IMG/VR virus record: IMGVR_UViG_2934543808_000001
Coordinates: 70,013-134,012 of that record
DNA from: a virus
Taxonomy: Duplodnaviria > Caudoviricetes
Strand: one strand, 5' to 3'
Length of the DNA stretch: 64,000 nt
Every line of letters starts with the position of its first letter. Within the stretch, counting starts at the first letter, position 1. Shown here piece by piece: positions 61,567 to 64,000 of this stretch. The position numbers were made by a program, and so were the translations under genes. Below the pieces are notes generated by a model. That model ran no database searches, was not told where the DNA came from, and saw only the letters and a program-made list of their open reading frames with translations.

Positions 61567-61926
61567 TCAGTCTCCCTCGCTGCTCAGGAAGACGCCGACG
61601 GCGACCAGGAGGGCGAACAGCAGGGACCAGGGGGTGAGGGCGAACGCGAGCCCGGCCAACACGGTGAGGCCGAGGGACAGCGCGCAGTACCCGGCGACGA
61701 GCCGCACCGCAGGGTTCAGCGGCGGGGTGATGTACAGGACCGTGTAGCCGCCGACACAGAGGACCAGGCCGGCCAGGAGGAGCGCGACGAGCGGTTCGGC
61801 GATGTACAGGGCCCCGAGCAGCCCGACCGTCCCTGAGCCGATCAGGAAGAGGCCGAGCAGGTCGCGGAGGATGCGACGGCGCGGTGCCCGGTGGCTTGGG
61901 GGCGGAGACTGCGTTGGAGGATTCAC
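61567..61926 (-). CDS. Four-TM membrane protein upstream of the portal
   Basis: 119 aa, hydrophobic; stop 1 nt before the portal GTG. Confidence 0.7.
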   Translation of the reverse strand: MNPPTQSPPPSHRAPRRRILRDLLGLFLIGSGTVGLLGALYIAEPLVALLLAGLVLCVGGYTVLYITPPLNPAVRLVAGYCALSLGLTVLAGLAFALTPWSLLFALLVAVGVFLSSEGD

Positions 61927-61933
61927 GCGGCGG

Positions 61934-61965
61934 ACCGTAGGAACCCGCCGGGCTTACGTCTCGGG
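61934..61965 (-). promoter_or_regulatory. Late-promoter motif copy (head operon, leaderless)
   Basis: CCCGAGACGTAAG; TACGGT 18 nt after GAC and 7 nt before the GTG. Confidence 0.65.
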
Positions 61966-61966
61966 C

Positions 61967-62128
61967 CTACTCCGAATCGAACACGAAGATCAGCGTGGCC
62001 ACGCCGAGCCACGTGGCGACGGCGGCCAAGACGCCCACCGCGGCGGCGAGCTGCGGATCGCCGGTGGAGTGCTGGGCGATGCCGCCGGAGACGCCGCCGA
62101 GGAAGAGGCCGAGGAGGAAGATGCGCAC
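61967..62128 (-). CDS. Small membrane protein (53 aa), below the ORF-track cutoff
   Basis: Manual translation MRIFLLGLFLGGVSGGIAQHSTGDPQLAAAVGVLAAVATWLGVATLIFVFDSE; AGGGGG RBS; high GC3. Confidence 0.6.
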   Translation of the reverse strand: MRIFLLGLFLGGVSGGIAQHSTGDPQLAAAVGVLAAVATWLGVATLIFVFDSE

Positions 62129-62136
62129 GCTTCCCC

Positions 62137-62595
62137 CTACCGGGCCGGCCGGGAGACGCCGCTGATGTACGAGCCGATGCCCCGTCGCTGGATCACACCG
62201 CCGGGCAGGAGACGGGCGGCGGGCGGCGGCTCGGGCACCTTGCGCTTCGCCCGCTGTGACTGGTCGCCGCCGATCAGGTGCCGGTTGTCGATCAGGGCCT
62301 CGCAGTCGTTCTCCGCGACGTCCTCGTACGGCCGCCGGCAGTTGCGGCAGTACACCTCCAGGGCGTCCACGCGGGTGCCGACGTCCGTGGTGAAGCTGCC
62401 CCGGAAGTCGGCGACCTTGGCGATGCGCTCCTCGACCTTAATCTCGGCCGCGATGATCCAGACGTGCGCGAGGGTCTGCTGCTCCGGCTCCTCGGCGGCG
62501 TCCGGTGGCGTCGGCTCGTCCAAGGACGCAGCGAAGAGGTCTGCGAACGGCTCGAAGAAGAGCTGTTCGCTCACATCGAGAACGGGGGTCGGCAC
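62137..62595 (-). CDS. Hypothetical protein with CxxC
   Basis: GGAGG RBS; HVW...YCRNCRRPY...C. Confidence 0.65.
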   Translation of the reverse strand: MPTPVLDVSEQLFFEPFADLFAASLDEPTPPDAAEEPEQQTLAHVWIIAAEIKVEERIAKVADFRGSFTTDVGTRVDALEVYCRNCRRPYEDVAENDCEALIDNRHLIGGDQSQRAKRKVPEPPPAARLLPGGVIQRRGIGSYISGVSRPAR

Positions 62596-62691
62596 AGTCT
62601 GGGTCCTCCCGGCGGCGGTACATCAGATCGTGGCCGAGCGTCAACGCCTGGCCGCCTGTATGGACGGAGCGGGCGGCTCAGGCGTTACACC

Positions 62692-63825
62692 TCAAACCTG
62701 TGCACCAGTCCCTTCTTGCTGAGGGTGGGGGTGCCCGACGCTGGCCCGGATCACCTCGTCGCTGACCCGCAGCGCCTCCGTCATCTTCGCGAGCCGGGGC
62801 TCAGGGAGGTTGCCGCTGCCCAGCGCGCAGGCGCGGACGAGCTGCTGGGCCGCCTCGATCTGGCGTGGCTCGGCGAGGCTGAGGAACCGGTCGTCAGCCA
62901 GGCACTCACGGGCGGCGTAGCCGTCGGTCGCCGCGGCGGCCCGGCGGTGGAGCTCGGTGACCATCCGGTGCGCCGCGTCTTCCTGATGCGGCTCCAGCAG
63001 GTCCAGGATCGTCAGCCCGAGGCGCGTGTCGAAGACGGTCATGCCCGGCTCGGGTTGGTGCGCGAGGTAGTAGTCCTCAACGAGCGCGTCGAGGGTGGGC
63101 ACGGTCGGGCCGAGAAGGGCCTTGTTGCACATCACGTTGAGGCACCCGGTGACGGCGTTCTCCCACACCTCGCCGGGAGCAGTATCGGAGACGAGTGCGG
63201 CTGCGGCGGCGGGATCTCGGCTGAGCGCGGCCACAACGGCGACCTGCCGACCGTCCAACATGCGCTGGCCGATGCCGCGGTGGTCAAGGATGTGGGCCAG
63301 CGCTTCCGTCCAGCGGCCGGCCGTGGTCAAGGTACGTGTGCCGTCGGCCAGGACGACTTTCCACAGCCAGGTGCGCACCTCGTGGCGGTCGGTGTCAGTG
63401 AGGGTGAGGTCGGCCGGTACGTGGACCCCCTCGAACTGCGCGCTGGTGCCGTTGGTGACGGCCTCGAAGAGGTGCAGCAGACGGTGGCGTCCGTCGTCGG
63501 CGGCGCCCGCGCGGATCTGGAGGCGGGCGAGGTTCACCACGGGTTCGAGGGCACGGATCGCGGTCATGCCGGGCAGGGGGGCGGCGTGGAGGTAGGCGGC
63601 GGCGTGCTGGTGGCACATCTTCCGCGCGAGGTCCGGGAGGCCGAGGTCGGAGGCGATGAGGGCGGCCTGGTTGTAGACGGCCGAGGCGAGGCCCTGATCC
63701 GCCTTTGCGGCGGCGGCTTCGGCGAGTTCGACCAGGCCGTGGACGCGCCGGGGCAGGGGCAGGCACGCGGGGCGGAAGCGGTAGATGAGCGGGAAGCGCT
63801 GGGCTATGGGTCCGTTCGGGTCCAT
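62692..63825 (-). CDS. Conserved actinobacterial helical protein (RFPL..R.RPAC family)
   Basis: ATG 63825 with GGGG(A) RBS; ASAVYNQAALIASDLG, LEPVVNLARL and MLDGRQV. From recollection this type neighbours PCMT/FxLD-type methyltransferases; not verified. Confidence 0.6.
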   Translation of the reverse strand: MDPNGPIAQRFPLIYRFRPACLPLPRRVHGLVELAEAAAAKADQGLASAVYNQAALIASDLGLPDLARKMCHQHAAAYLHAAPLPGMTAIRALEPVVNLARLQIRAGAADDGRHRLLHLFEAVTNGTSAQFEGVHVPADLTLTDTDRHEVRTWLWKVVLADGTRTLTTAGRWTEALAHILDHRGIGQRMLDGRQVAVVAALSRDPAAAAALVSDTAPGEVWENAVTGCLNVMCNKALLGPTVPTLDALVEDYYLAHQPEPGMTVFDTRLGLTILDLLEPHQEDAAHRMVTELHRRAAAATDGYAARECLADDRFLSLAEPRQIEAAQQLVRACALGSGNLPEPRLAKMTEALRVSDEVIRASVGHPHPQQEGTGAQV

Positions 63826-63865
63826 GAGGTCCCCCCGGGGGTGACGGCGACGAGGAGCGGGCAAG

Positions 63866-63907
63866 GGCCGCGTGGTGCCCGCCGACGAGCGGGGGCACCA
63901 CGCGGCC
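63866..63907 (-). terminator. Intergenic stem-loop
   Basis: GGCCGCGTGGTGCCC ... GGGCACCACGCGGCC. Confidence 0.55.
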
Positions 63908-63914
63908 GGATCTG

Positions 63915-64000
63915 CTACTGCCAGGTGACGCGGACGCGGTTCAGCGGGGTGTCGAGGACGAAGACACCGGGCTGCTCGTCCGCGGGCGCACCGAGCGGCA
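63915..64000 (-). CDS. 3' end of a gene entering from the right, possibly an FxLD-type/PCMT methyltransferase
   Basis: ...PLGAPADEQPGVFVLDTPLNRVRVTWQ*; only 27 codons are visible. Confidence 0.35.
   Translation of the reverse strand, partial: PLGAPADEQPGVFVLDTPLNRVRVTWQ

Larger units (their letters stand above)
1..62595. mobile_element. Siphovirus-type phage-plasmid / plasmid prophage (partial)
   Basis: Head-tail-lysis genes plus parAB, parS-like sites, initiator/loader and a TA pair; no integrase or large terminase in the window. Confidence 0.8.

Noticed and set aside
1-64000. Integrase/att sites, transposase, large terminase, rRNA
   Set aside because: No matching motifs in any credible ORF in this window; they may lie outside it.

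Overview
High-GC actinobacterial DNA, most likely Streptomyces. Almost the whole window is a siphovirus-type prophage that looks plasmid-maintained: it has its own parB-parA, eight parS-like sites, an initiator plus DnaC-like loader and a toxin-antitoxin pair, and no integrase is visible. The + strand early module (2.5-9 kb) holds WhiB, initiator, loader, a DUF2637/Spd-like protein and an ERF recombinase. The - strand late module runs from portal-MuF fusion through a 6,704-aa polyvalent protein (DarB-like MTase + SNF2 + UvrD-like helicase + repeat domains), a prohead protease-2H phosphoesterase fusion, HK97 capsid, head-tail genes with a poly-gamma-glutamate hydrolase, a tail module with a GGGAAAG frameshift, holin, small terminase and endolysin. 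Main observations: (1) a candidate capsid-cargo system, in which the protease C-terminal helix motif recurs three times in the giant protein and E-x-K candidate cleavage sites are shared; (2) a 15-copy element-specific late promoter; (3) a 17-bp parS-like palindrome in 8 copies; (4) a polar GGGGTAC repeat array that flips orientation around one of those sites; (5) a TnpV-like gene nested out of frame inside the giant gene. All family calls come from reading motifs by eye, not from database searches.
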